64,000 bases of DNA, taken from positions 12,990-76,989 of the forward strand of contig JAFSPW010000033.1 of assembly GCA_017451295.1 (NCBI GenBank). Reading direction: 5' to 3'. Below the pieces are notes generated by a model. That model was given only the letters and a program-made list of their open reading frames with translations. It ran no database searches and was not told the origin of the DNA. This DNA is from Clostridia bacterium (lineage in GTDB: Bacteria; Bacillota; Clostridia; Christensenellales; CAG-138). Both the position numbers and the translations under genes were made by a program. Within the stretch, counting starts at the first letter, position 1. Every line of letters starts with the position of its first letter. This document shows positions 19,831-28,750 of the stretch, one piece after another.

Positions 19831-21251
19831 TAACCAATGCAGTCGCATTCAAAAATGACATAGCCGAGGAGATTCGCCTGTTTCTTGGCCAGGTGGACAT
19901 CCAGCCCTATGCTCCCGAAGCGGACCTAAGGCTGTTTGTTTTGCTGTGTAAGGATGAGGCCAAATGTTTGGCCATGCCATCAAAGATAGAACAGATTGTC
20001 CCCGTCGCCCCGGGCTTCGATGCCTTAGACGTAAAGCGCCAGCAGAAGCGGTCCTTGAAGCTGTGCGTCTATCAGGTCATGCAAAAGCTCTATCCGGTGG
20101 CCACGCCCTGGGGTTCTTTGACCGGTATCCGCCCCACCAAGCTGTTTCGGGAAATCTGCCAGCGGCAAGGGGAACAGGAGGCAAAGCGGTCCTTTCGTGA
20201 GTTATTTACCGTCTCTGAGCAAAAGCAAGCCTTAGTGGAGGAGATTTGCTCTATTCAGCAGCCGTATATCCAGGAGGTGGGGCAGAGGAGCGCCAGCGTG
20301 TATCTGCACATTCCCTACTGCCGCAGCCGGTGCCTGTATTGCTCTTTCGGGGTGGAGGTTGCCAAGGGGGAGTGCGTTCTTTCTGACTATGCCGATCACC
20401 TTATCAATGACATACAGCAAGGGGCAAAGCTGCTATGGGAATTGGGCTATTCGTTGCATACCTTCTATTTCGGAGGCGGCACACCAACGGTACTTCCAGA
20501 AAAGGATTTATTGCGTGTCCTTGAAGCTCTGCAGAATGCCTATGCTCCTAATGGCCGTGAGTTTACGGTGGAAGCCGGGCGGCCGGATACCATCACCCGC
20601 GAGAAGCTGAGAATTCTCAAGGATAACGGCGTCACCCGCATCAGCATCAACCCCCAGTCCATGAATGATAGAACCTTGCAGATTATCGGACGCTTCCATC
20701 GGGCTGAGGATATCGAAGACTGCTTTGCCATGGCCCGGGAGGAGGGGTTTGACTGCATCAACATGGACCTGATTGCCGGGTTGCCGGGGGAGGATGTTTC
20801 GGATTTCAATAGAAGCTTAGAATTGGTCTGCGCCATGAAGCCGGAAAACATCACCGTTCATACCCTTGCTATCAAGCATTCCTCTCGCTTAAAAGCTCGA
20901 TTGGAGGAATATCCCTTGCCTTCTGCAGAGGCTGTGGAGCAGATGGTCCGCCTGGGTGCAGAAACGACCCGGGCTTTAGGCATGCGGCCCTACTATATGT
21001 ACCGGCAAAAGTATATGCAGGGGAACCTGGAGAATGTGGGCTATGCCTTGCCGGGAACCGAATGTGTTTATAATATCGACATGATGGAGGAGACCCTTAG
21101 CGTTTTATCTCACGGTGCCGGGGCCATGACCAAGCGGGTGTATGGCTTTGGGCAGCGGGTGGAACGGCTTCCGGCCCCCAAGGATGTGCCCACCTGGTAT
21201 CAGAAGCAGGAACGGCTGTTTGCTGAGAAAAGAAAGCTCTTTTGCGATTGA
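19818..21251 (+). CDS. hemZ: HemZ-type oxygen-independent coproporphyrinogen dehydrogenase-like radical SAM protein
   Basis: CxxxCxxC cluster motif (YCRSRCLYCSF), HemN-like body and an N-terminal extension typical of HemZ. 477 aa. Confidence 0.75.
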   Translation: MVQLITNAVAFKNDIAEEIRLFLGQVDIQPYAPEADLRLFVLLCKDEAKCLAMPSKIEQIVPVAPGFDALDVKRQQKRSLKLCVYQVMQKLYPVATPWGSLTGIRPTKLFREICQRQGEQEAKRSFRELFTVSEQKQALVEEICSIQQPYIQEVGQRSASVYLHIPYCRSRCLYCSFGVEVAKGECVLSDYADHLINDIQQGAKLLWELGYSLHTFYFGGGTPTVLPEKDLLRVLEALQNAYAPNGREFTVEAGRPDTITREKLRILKDNGVTRISINPQSMNDRTLQIIGRFHRAEDIEDCFAMAREEGFDCINMDLIAGLPGEDVSDFNRSLELVCAMKPENITVHTLAIKHSSRLKARLEEYPLPSAEAVEQMVRLGAETTRALGMRPYYMYRQKYMQGNLENVGYALPGTECVYNIDMMEETLSVLSHGAGAMTKRVYGFGQRVERLPAPKDVPTWYQKQERLFAEKRKLFCD

Positions 21252-21276
21252 CAAGGGGAAAAAAGCCAGGTATACT
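21248..21276 (+). promoter_or_regulatory. sigma-A promoter (TTGACA-N17-TATACT) of the hisS-aspS leader
   Basis: TTGACA at 21248-21253 (overlapping the hemZ stop) and TATACT at 21271-21276. Confidence 0.7.
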
Positions 21277-21512
21277 ACAGCAAAAGGCGTTGAACGGAAA
21301 TGTGCTTTTTCAGTCCATACAGCGAATCCGGAGCGGTGCAAGCCGGGTAGGCAACTGAAAAAGCCAAGACATCCGGAAGCCGCGGGCAGGAAATGGCTCG
21401 CCGAGTGGTTCATGTTGCGAACCGAAAGTGAAGCATGACAGCAACTGTCGGCTTAATAAGGGTGGCACCGCGGTAATCCGTCCCTTGGATGAAGCGGAGC
21501 CGTTTTTTTATA
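21277..21512 (+). promoter_or_regulatory. T-box riboswitch leader controlling hisS-aspS
   Basis: T-box sequence AAUAAGGGUGGCACCGCGG at 21455-21473. Stem I helix 21304-21314/21354-21364 with distal GGUGCAA at 21335-21341, a GA/K-turn-like base, and a terminator with a U7 run ending ~21509. Candidate specifier GAC-A at 21368-21371. Confidence 0.85.
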
Positions 21513-21524
21513 GGAGGTAAAGTT

Positions 21525-22799
21525 ATGGCCTATCAGGCCCCTAAAGGCACAAGAGACGTCACTCCGGCGGAAAGCTACCGCTGGCAATATGTGGAGAATC
21601 TGATTCGTCGCACCACGGCAAAATATGGCTTCCTGGAGGCCAGAACCCCGGTTATCGAGCATACGGAGCTGTTTTTACGCTCTGTGGGCGATACCACGGA
21701 TGTGGTGCAAAAGGAGATGTACACCTTCCAGGATAAGGGCGGTCGCAGCATCACCCTGAAGCCCGAGGGTACCGCCGGCACGGTGCGGATGTTTGTGGAG
21801 CACGGTCTGTTTTCCGAAACCATGCCGCTGAAAACCTACTACTTGAACTGCCCCGTATTTCGGTATGAACGCCCCCAGGCCGGACGGCTTCGGGAGCACC
21901 ACCAGTTCGGGGTGGAGCTCTTTGGCGCGCCCCAGCCCAGCGCCGATGCGGAGGTTATCTCCCTGGCCTATGATATCTTTACTTCTCTTGGTGCCACGGA
22001 CCTTACGGTGAAACTAAACTCCATCGGCTGTCCCAAGTGCCGCAGTAACTACCAGACGGCCCTTAAAGCCTATCTGGAGCAGTATAGGGATGAGCTTTGT
22101 GAGGATTGTCGAATCCGCTTGGAGAAGAACCCCCTTCGGGTCCTGGATTGCAAGGTGGAAAGCTGCAAGAAGATAACCGCTATGGCGCCTCACACTATGG
22201 ACTATGTGTGCAACGAGTGCAAAGCCCACATGCACGAGGTGCAGGGCTATCTTTCCGCCGTTGGCATTCCCTTTGAAATGGACCCCATGCTGGTTAGGGG
22301 GCTTGACTACTACACCCGTACCGTGTTTGAAATCGTCTATGATGCGGCTGGTGCCCAGGGCACCTTGTGCGGCGGCGGTCGGTATGATGGTCTGGTGAAG
22401 CAGATTGGAGGACCGGAGGTTCCTGCCGTGGGCTTTGGATTGGGCATTGAACGGCTCTTACTGTATTTAGATCAAACGGGGAAGTCCATTCCCGAGCCGC
22501 CCGCCATGGATATGCTTATCTTTGGCATGGACGATGCCGGGAAGAACAAAGCATTTCAGCTGACGAAGGCACTTCGGGATGCGGGCTATAGCGCCGATAC
22601 AGATCATGTAGGTCGCAGCGTGAAGGCCAATATGAAATATGCCGGCAAGAGCAAGGCCAGATTCGTCTTAATTATAGGCGAAAACGAATTGACAACCGGT
22701 ATTGGAAACGTCAAGAACATGGAAACGGGAGAGCAGGAATCTACCGCTCTTTCCGTAGAAGGGATTATCAATTTGATAGGAGGCAAAGGCAATGAGTGA
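21525..22799 (+). CDS. hisS: histidine--tRNA ligase
   Basis: Start re-set to ATG 21525 (SD aggagg). MAYQAPKGTRD, class II motifs (FRYERPQ.GR, GGGRYD). Confidence 0.95.
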   Translation: MAYQAPKGTRDVTPAESYRWQYVENLIRRTTAKYGFLEARTPVIEHTELFLRSVGDTTDVVQKEMYTFQDKGGRSITLKPEGTAGTVRMFVEHGLFSETMPLKTYYLNCPVFRYERPQAGRLREHHQFGVELFGAPQPSADAEVISLAYDIFTSLGATDLTVKLNSIGCPKCRSNYQTALKAYLEQYRDELCEDCRIRLEKNPLRVLDCKVESCKKITAMAPHTMDYVCNECKAHMHEVQGYLSAVGIPFEMDPMLVRGLDYYTRTVFEIVYDAAGAQGTLCGGGRYDGLVKQIGGPEVPAVGFGLGIERLLLYLDQTGKSIPEPPAMDMLIFGMDDAGKNKAFQLTKALRDAGYSADTDHVGRSVKANMKYAGKSKARFVLIIGENELTTGIGNVKNMETGEQESTALSVEGIINLIGGKGNE

Positions 22800-24585
22800 A
22801 TTGCTGCAAGGCTGGAAACGCAGCTGCTACTGTGCAGATTTATCCAAGAATGAAGTGGGTCAGGAAGTCACCCTCATGGGTTGGTGCAACGTGCGCCGTG
22901 ATTTGGGTGCCCTGATTTTCATCCAGCTTAGGGACCGTTCGGGCTTGATGCAGGTGGTGTTTGACAGCAGTACCTTAAGTAAAGAGGATTACGACCGGGC
23001 ATCCACCATCCGTTCCGAATACGTGTTGGCCGTTCGTGGCACCCTGGAAGCAAGAACCGGCAATATGGTCAACCCCAAGATGAAGACCGGGGAAGTGGAA
23101 GTGAAGGTGAAGGAGTTCAAAATCCTTTCCGTCAGCGACACGCCTCCCTTTGAGGTCAGCGACGACACCAACGCCGGTGAGCTGCTGCGGCTCAAGTATC
23201 GCTATTTGGATTTGCGCCGTCCCACCATGCAGCAGAACCTGATGATGCGGCATAAGATTGCCCACGTCGCCCGGGAATATTTTGCCGAGAACGGCTTTGT
23301 GGAGATTGAAACCCCGGTCCTTACCGGCAGCACGCCCGAAGGCGCCCGGGATTATCTGGTGCCCTCCCGTGTCCATCCCGGCAGCTTCTATGCCTTACCC
23401 CAGAGTCCCCAACTGTTTAAGCAGATGCTCATGGTGTCCGGCTTTGACCGTTATATGCAGATTGCCCGCTGCTTCAGGGACGAGGATTTGCGTGCCGACC
23501 GTCAGCCGGACTTCACGCAGATTGACCTGGAGATGTCCTTCGTAGAGGAGGACGATGTCATGGCCATGAACGAGGGCTTCCTGCGCCGAGTGTTCAAGGA
23601 GTGCCTGAATGTGGATATTCCCAATCCCTTGCCCCGTATCAAGTGGATTGATGCCATGAACCGCTATGGCTCCGATAAGCCGGATACCCGCTTTGGCATG
23701 GAGCTGCAGGATATCACAGATATCGTGAAGGACAGCGGCTTCTCCGTATTCAAAAACGCCGTTGCCGCCGGCGGTTCCGTTCGCTGCATCAACGTAAAGG
23801 GCGGCTCCAAGCACTATTCCCGCAAGGAGATAGATGCGGAGGGTGAGTTTGTGAAGACCTACCGGGCCCATGGCCTGGCCTGGATGAACTATAAGGACGA
23901 GGGCATCCAGAGCCCCATCCTCAAGTTCCTCTCCGAGGAGGAAGTGGCGGCCATCAAAGCGCGCACGAACTTTGAGCAGGGAGACTTGCTGTTCATCGTG
24001 GCGGACGAAAACAAGGTGGTATGGGCCTCTCTGGGCGCTTTGCGCTTGAAGGTAGCCAACAAGCTGAACTTGATTCCCGAAAATACCTATGCCCTGTTGT
24101 GGGTGGTGGAATTCCCCCAGTTCGAATGGAGCGAGGAGGAGGGACGGTTCATGGCCATGCATCATCCCTTTACCAGCCCCATGGACGAGGATTTGGATCT
24201 CATCGAGTCCAACCCCGGCGCCGTGCGTGCCAAGGCCTATGATATCGTGCTCAACGGCAACGAGATTGGCGGCGGCAGCATCCGCATCCATTCCGCCCAG
24301 CTGCAGCAGCGCATGTTCAAGGCTCTCGGCTTTACGGAGGAGGCGGCACAGCAGCGCTTTGGGTTCCTGCTCAACGCCTTTAAGTATGGCACGCCTCCTC
24401 ACGGCGGCTTAGTCTATGGCTTGGATCGGTTGGCTATGCTCATCTGCGGCGCCACCAGCATTCGCGATGTCATCGCCTTCCCCAAGGTGCAGAACGCTTC
24501 CGATCCTTTGACCGGTGCACCCTATCCTGTGGAACAAAAGCAGCTGGACGAGCTGCATATCTCTTTCAAAGATTTGCAAGACTAA
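22792..24585 (+). CDS. aspS: aspartate--tRNA ligase
   Basis: 597 aa. OB-fold N-terminus, QSPQLFKQ, FRDEDLRADRQPEF-like, GGGSIRIH. It overlaps the hisS stop by 8 nt. Confidence 0.95.
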   Translation: MSELLQGWKRSCYCADLSKNEVGQEVTLMGWCNVRRDLGALIFIQLRDRSGLMQVVFDSSTLSKEDYDRASTIRSEYVLAVRGTLEARTGNMVNPKMKTGEVEVKVKEFKILSVSDTPPFEVSDDTNAGELLRLKYRYLDLRRPTMQQNLMMRHKIAHVAREYFAENGFVEIETPVLTGSTPEGARDYLVPSRVHPGSFYALPQSPQLFKQMLMVSGFDRYMQIARCFRDEDLRADRQPDFTQIDLEMSFVEEDDVMAMNEGFLRRVFKECLNVDIPNPLPRIKWIDAMNRYGSDKPDTRFGMELQDITDIVKDSGFSVFKNAVAAGGSVRCINVKGGSKHYSRKEIDAEGEFVKTYRAHGLAWMNYKDEGIQSPILKFLSEEEVAAIKARTNFEQGDLLFIVADENKVVWASLGALRLKVANKLNLIPENTYALLWVVEFPQFEWSEEEGRFMAMHHPFTSPMDEDLDLIESNPGAVRAKAYDIVLNGNEIGGGSIRIHSAQLQQRMFKALGFTEEAAQQRFGFLLNAFKYGTPPHGGLVYGLDRLAMLICGATSIRDVIAFPKVQNASDPLTGAPYPVEQKQLDELHISFKDLQD

Positions 24586-24606
24586 ATAACAAAAAGGAGA
24601 CTACTT

Positions 24607-24936
24607 ATGGCAAACGAAAACGTGATTCACATCGGTTCCGAACAAGCCTTTGATGCCATCATCAACGGCGACACTCCTGTGCTGGTGGACTTCTGGGCCA
24701 CCTGGTGCGGTCCCTGCCGCATGGTTGCCCCCATTGTGGAGGAGCTGGCCAATGACTATGCCGGTAAAGCCATGGTGCTGAAGGTGGACGTGGATGAACA
24801 GCCGGAACTGGCCGAGCGGTATCGGGTCATGAACATCCCCACTCTGCTTGTCTTCAAGGGCGGTCAGGTGGTGGACAAGGCCATCGGTGCCCGGCCCAAG
24901 GCGGCTCTAATGCAGATGCTGGACAAGGCCCTGTAA
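24607..24936 (+). CDS. trxA: thioredoxin
   Basis: 109 aa with the WCGPC active site. Confidence 0.95.
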   Translation: MANENVIHIGSEQAFDAIINGDTPVLVDFWATWCGPCRMVAPIVEELANDYAGKAMVLKVDVDEQPELAERYRVMNIPTLLVFKGGQVVDKAIGARPKAALMQMLDKAL

Positions 24937-26079
24937 TTGGAACGGATATATTTAGACAACGCTGCCACGGCTCGCCTTTCCCGGCAAGCTTTGGCGGCTA
25001 TGCTGCCTTTTTGGGAGGGGGAGCAGGGGAATCCCTCCTCCCTGCATAGCTATGCCCGGGAAAGCCGAAAAGCTATGGAAGCAGCCAGGGGGAAAATTGC
25101 CGGTATACTGGGAGCCAAGCCGCAGGAAATCTTCTTCACCTCCGGCGGCAGCGAGGGCAACAATCTGCTGCTTCGCGGCAGTATTGAGGCTAATGGGAAA
25201 AAGGGCCGTCATGTCATCACCTCGGCTGTGGAGCATCCATCGGTTCTTGGCACTCTGCAGGACATGATGCAACGGGGTCAAATTGAGCTTACCATACTGC
25301 CTGTAGACGAATATGGTCAGGTCTCCGTTTCCTCCTTAAAAGAGGCCCTTCGCCCCGATACGGTTCTGGTGAGCATCATGACCGCCAACAACGAAGTTGG
25401 CACCCTGGAACCTGTTGACGAAATTGGTACCATTTGCAAAGAAAATGGCAGCATTTTCCATTCCGATGGAGTTCAGGCGGTAGGCCATATCCCTGTGGAC
25501 GTCAAAGAGAGCAAGTTAGGTTTGCTTTCCCTTTCCGCTCATAAATTCCATGGTCCAAGAGGCGTGGGGGCGGTGTACATTCAATCCGATACAGCCGTTC
25601 ACCCCCTGATTACCGGCGGCGAGCAGGAGCATCATCTGCGGGCCGGAACACAGAATGTTCCCGGTATCGTCGGCATGGCAGAGGCATTGGCAGAGGCTAT
25701 GGAGGAGTATCCTGCTGTACATGCACGCTTGCAGTCCTTTCAAAGCAAACTTGTTCAGGCTGTTTTATCCAATGTCCCCAACAGCCGCTTGACGGGCCAT
25801 CCCACAGAGCGCTTGCCCGGCACCGTCAGCTTCTTATTCGACGGTGTCTCCACAGACGAGCTGTTGGCGATGCTCGATATGAACGGAATTGCCGCCTCTG
25901 CAGGTTCTGCCTGCACCGCCGGTTCCCATCAACCCAGCCATGTGCTTTCTGCCATGGGTTTACTTAATTCTGCCCACAAGGCACCGCTTCGCCTCTCCAT
26001 GAGCCGATACACTACGGAGGATGAGGTGAACAAAGTGATTGCCATTCTCCCCGATATCATTGCTCGCCTTCGGGGGTGA
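24937..26079 (+). CDS. cysteine desulfurase (NifS/IscS class)
   Basis: TTG start directly after the trxA stop. YLDNAAT, PLP-lysine context SAHKFHGPRG, and active-site region GSACT. Confidence 0.9.
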   Translation: MERIYLDNAATARLSRQALAAMLPFWEGEQGNPSSLHSYARESRKAMEAARGKIAGILGAKPQEIFFTSGGSEGNNLLLRGSIEANGKKGRHVITSAVEHPSVLGTLQDMMQRGQIELTILPVDEYGQVSVSSLKEALRPDTVLVSIMTANNEVGTLEPVDEIGTICKENGSIFHSDGVQAVGHIPVDVKESKLGLLSLSAHKFHGPRGVGAVYIQSDTAVHPLITGGEQEHHLRAGTQNVPGIVGMAEALAEAMEEYPAVHARLQSFQSKLVQAVLSNVPNSRLTGHPTERLPGTVSFLFDGVSTDELLAMLDMNGIAASAGSACTAGSHQPSHVLSAMGLLNSAHKAPLRLSMSRYTTEDEVNKVIAILPDIIARLRG

Positions 26080-26179
26080 AGGGCATTATTGCCTGTATGA
26101 CCGACGCGCTATTTAGCGATACTATGCTTTGAAGAAGAAAACAGCTTCTTCCATCCCATAGGAAAGGCGGTATTACAGA

Positions 26180-26332
26180 ATGAAATCCCTGGATATCGGT
26201 TTAGGCATGGTAGGCGGCATGGCCGTGGCGGTCACGGCGGTAAACGCTCTGTATCCGGATGTGTGGCGCCGCATGAAGCGCGACGGCAAACGGGCCATAA
26301 AATCCATCCAACACAGTCCCCTGCTAAAATAA
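26180..26332 (+). CDS. possible 50-aa single-pass membrane peptide
   Basis: MKSLDIGLGMVGGMAVAVTAVNALYPDVWRRMKRDGKRAIKSIQHSPLLK: one TM helix plus a basic tail. It is below the ORF-track cut-off. The SD is weak (ggaaagg, 12 nt away), but a strong terminator follows. Confidence 0.35.
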   Translation: MKSLDIGLGMVGGMAVAVTAVNALYPDVWRRMKRDGKRAIKSIQHSPLLK

Positions 26333-26335
26333 ACC

Positions 26336-26373
26336 AAGCTCCCCCTGCCGAATTGGGCAAGGGGAGCTTTTAT
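26336..26373 (+). terminator. rho-independent terminator
   Basis: 9-bp stem aagctcccc/ggggagctt (extendable inward), followed by a T-run. Confidence 0.75.
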
Positions 26374-26376
26374 CTC

Positions 26377-26405
26377 TTGACGAAGGCTGCATAATGTCGT
26401 AAAAT
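26377..26405 (+). promoter_or_regulatory. sigma-A promoter (TTGACG-N17-TAAAAT) for yajC
   Basis: Hexamers at 26377-26382 and 26400-26405. Confidence 0.6.
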
Positions 26406-26431
26406 CAAACTTGAAATTCAGAAAGGAACTG

Positions 26432-26788
26432 ATGTACATGTTTGGTTTTGTGCTTCCCCCCATGGCGGCTGCCGTTTCCGAAGGTTCTGCCGGTGCCCTT
26501 ATGTCCACCTTGCCCCTGATTCTTTTGATGGTGGCTTTGCTTGCCTTCATGATTATCCCCCAGCGTAAGCGGGATAAGAAGGTGAAGGAGATGCTCGCCT
26601 CCCTGAAGCCCGGCGACAGAGTTCGTACCATCGGCGGTATCTATGGCACCATCACTTCCGTCAAGGAAGATTTCGTGGTGCTTCAGTCCGGCCCCGATAA
26701 AATTCGTCTGGTCTTCGCCCGCGGCGCCATCTCCCAGATCGAGGAGAAGGGTGCGGAGAACACCATGAACGAGTCCGTGGTGGAATAA
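26432..26788 (+). CDS. yajC: preprotein translocase subunit YajC
   Basis: TM helix followed by PQRKR.K....ML.SLK.GD.V.T.GGI.G.I. The start is ATG 26432 or 26438 (SD gaaagga); the ORF-track TTG 26411 sits at the predicted TSS. Confidence 0.85.
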   Translation: MYMFGFVLPPMAAAVSEGSAGALMSTLPLILLMVALLAFMIIPQRKRDKKVKEMLASLKPGDRVRTIGGIYGTITSVKEDFVVLQSGPDKIRLVFARGAISQIEEKGAENTMNESVVE

Positions 26789-26802
26789 AACTATTTTGAG
26801 AT

Positions 26803-26830
26803 TGCCGATCCTGCGGGGTCGGCTTTTTCA
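26803..26830 (+). terminator. rho-independent terminator after yajC
   Basis: gccgatcc-tgcg-gggtcggc followed by TTTTT. Confidence 0.7.
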
Positions 26831-26882
26831 TTTTTCTGGACTTCCCTGAATAGGATGCTGTATCACATATGGGAGGTCCAAT

Positions 26883-27296
26883 ATGAAAAAACGGACAAGG
26901 CGGGGAAAGGGTCTATTCTCCATGAGGCTAATAACGGGAGCACTATGGGGCTGTGGCGCAGCTTTAGCGGGGCTGCTGCTTCTTTCGCTGGTGCTGTACA
27001 GAGGCATGGGGAATGAAAACTGGGTGGCCATCGTTAACGGTGTGCTAAAGGTGCTTTGCCCTTGCGTGGCCGGTTGGTTTGCCGTCAAGGCCGGGGAGGA
27101 GAAGCAGGGCTTGAAGGGCGCTATTGCCGGAGGCTTGTTTGACTGCTGTATGGTGCTGCTGCTCTGTGTTTTCTTAGGGGAACCTTTGATTAGCTGGGCC
27201 CTGTGCGGCGATTTTCTGATTAGCGTTGCTTCCGGTGCCGCAGGTGCCATGATAAAAGGCTTGCTGCCGGGTGCACAAAAGATGCAGAAGCGCTGA
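26883..27296 (+). CDS. TIGR04086/YrzE-like small membrane protein
   Basis: 137 aa with four hydrophobic segments and SD gggagg. Gly/Ala-rich TM helices are typical of this family; the assignment is tentative. Confidence 0.55.
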   Translation: MKKRTRRGKGLFSMRLITGALWGCGAALAGLLLLSLVLYRGMGNENWVAIVNGVLKVLCPCVAGWFAVKAGEEKQGLKGAIAGGLFDCCMVLLLCVFLGEPLISWALCGDFLISVASGAAGAMIKGLLPGAQKMQKR

Positions 27297-27301
27297 AAAA
27301 G

Positions 27302-27330
27302 TTGCATTTCGTCAAAAACATGTGTATACT
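27302..27330 (+). promoter_or_regulatory. sigma-A promoter (TTGCAT-N17-TATACT, TGTG-extended) for plsX
   Basis: Hexamers at 27302-27307 and 27325-27330. Confidence 0.65.
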
Positions 27331-27359
27331 ACTCCTAAAGAAAAACAGGGAGAGCATAC

Positions 27360-28367
27360 ATGAAACTTGCTTTGGATGCCATGGGTGGCGATCACGCCCC
27401 GCAAGCAGTAGTAGAAGGGGCTTTGCTGGCCTTAGATAAACTGGATACAGATGTCAGCATCTGCCTGTATGGCCAGGAAGACAGGATAAAAGCCTGTCTG
27501 GATGGAAAGACTTATCCTGCCGACAGACTGTCTATTTGCCACTGTGAGGAGGTCATCGGCTGCGACGAAGCACCAGCCGTAGCCGTGCGGCGCAAGAAAA
27601 ACTCCTCCATGGTCATGGCCGCCAAGGCCGTGGCGGATGGGGAGGCGGATTGCTTTATCAGCGCCGGCAGCACCGGTGCGGTCCTCTCCTGCGGGACGTT
27701 GGTGATTCGCCGCATCAAGGGCGTGCAGCGCCCGGCGTTGGCTCCCTTGATTCCAAACCTGCAGGGCAGTCATACCATGATCATTGATGCCGGTGCCAAT
27801 GTGGATTGCAAGCCCCTGTACCTTACCCAGTTTGCCCAAATGGGCAGCGCCTATATGGAACTGGTCGAGGGAATCAGGGAACCGGCTGTGGGCCTTTTGA
27901 ACAACGGAGAGGAAGCGGAGAAGGGGAACGAGCTTTCCAAAGAGACCTATCCCTTGCTGCAAAACCTGGCGGGCATTCACTTTGTGGGCAACTGCGAAGC
28001 GCGGGAGCTGATGAGCGGTGATTTTGATGTGGTGGTCACCGATGGCTTTGCCGGCAATGTCCTCTTAAAGAGCACCGAGGGAACGGCCAAAGCGGTCACC
28101 GCCATGCTCAAAACGGAGCTTATGGGGTCCCTTCGAGGCACCATTGGTGCCGCCATCGCAAAACCCGCCTTTACGGCGTTGAAAAAGAAGATGGATTATA
28201 CCGAAGTGGGCGGTGCGCCCTTGCTGGGTGTCAACGGGGGTGTGATTAAAGCGCACGGCAGTTCCAACGCCAAAGCCTTTTACAATGCCATTTTGCAAGC
28301 GGACCGCTTGGTTAGATTCGGCGTTACCGATAAGATTGCATCTGCCGTTCAAGCGGAAGAAGTATAG
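27360..28367 (+). CDS. plsX: phosphate acyltransferase PlsX
   Basis: MKLALDAMGGDHAP..., 335 aa. Confidence 0.95.
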   Translation: MKLALDAMGGDHAPQAVVEGALLALDKLDTDVSICLYGQEDRIKACLDGKTYPADRLSICHCEEVIGCDEAPAVAVRRKKNSSMVMAAKAVADGEADCFISAGSTGAVLSCGTLVIRRIKGVQRPALAPLIPNLQGSHTMIIDAGANVDCKPLYLTQFAQMGSAYMELVEGIREPAVGLLNNGEEAEKGNELSKETYPLLQNLAGIHFVGNCEARELMSGDFDVVVTDGFAGNVLLKSTEGTAKAVTAMLKTELMGSLRGTIGAAIAKPAFTALKKKMDYTEVGGAPLLGVNGGVIKAHGSSNAKAFYNAILQADRLVRFGVTDKIASAVQAEEV

Positions 28368-28386
28368 AAGTTATCGGAAAAAACAG

Positions 28387-28415
28387 TTGACATATTTGTG
28401 TGACTGCTTTACAAT
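28387..28415 (+). promoter_or_regulatory. consensus sigma-A promoter (TTGACA-N17-TACAAT) for acpP
   Basis: Hexamers at 28387-28392 and 28410-28415. Confidence 0.7.
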
Positions 28416-28463
28416 TAGCAAGGATTTTTAGTTATTTTTTGCATTTTCATGGAGGTTTTTCAT

Positions 28464-28685
28464 ATGGATTTTGAAAAGGTACGTTCTATCATTGCCAAGC
28501 AGCTGGACATCGATCCGAACACCATCACCCCTTCCAGCAACCTTATCGACGATTTGCATGCCGATTCTCTGGATATCGTAGAGCTGGTGATGGATATGGA
28601 GCAGGAGTTTGATGTGGAGATTCCCGATGAGGTCCTGCCCAACATCAAAACCGTTGGCGACGTGGTTGGCTATCTTTCTAAATAA
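28464..28685 (+). CDS. acpP: acyl carrier protein
   Basis: Start re-set to ATG 28464 (SD ggagg 8 nt upstream). [13 protein letters not shown] contains the phosphopantetheine-attachment DSL motif. Confidence 0.95.
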   Translation: MDFEKVRSIIAKQLDIDPNTITPSSNLIDDLHADSLDIVELVMDMEQEFDVEIPDEVLPNIKTVGDVVGYLSK

Positions 28686-28707
28686 TCTCTGTATTCATAC
28701 ATGTGTC

Positions 28708-28738
28708 TGCCCGCACCATTGGGTTGCGGGTCTTTTTA
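28708..28738 (+). terminator. rho-independent terminator after acpP
   Basis: cccgca-ccattgggt-tgcggg followed by TCTTTTT. Confidence 0.7.
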
Positions 28739-28750
28739 TAGGAGCGTATC

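Noticed and set aside
26173-26631. 152-aa minus-strand ORF spanning the nifS-yajC intergenic region and the 5' part of yajC.
   Set aside because: It overlaps the yajC coding sequence, its promoter and a plus-strand terminator. It has no SD and no recognisable motifs.
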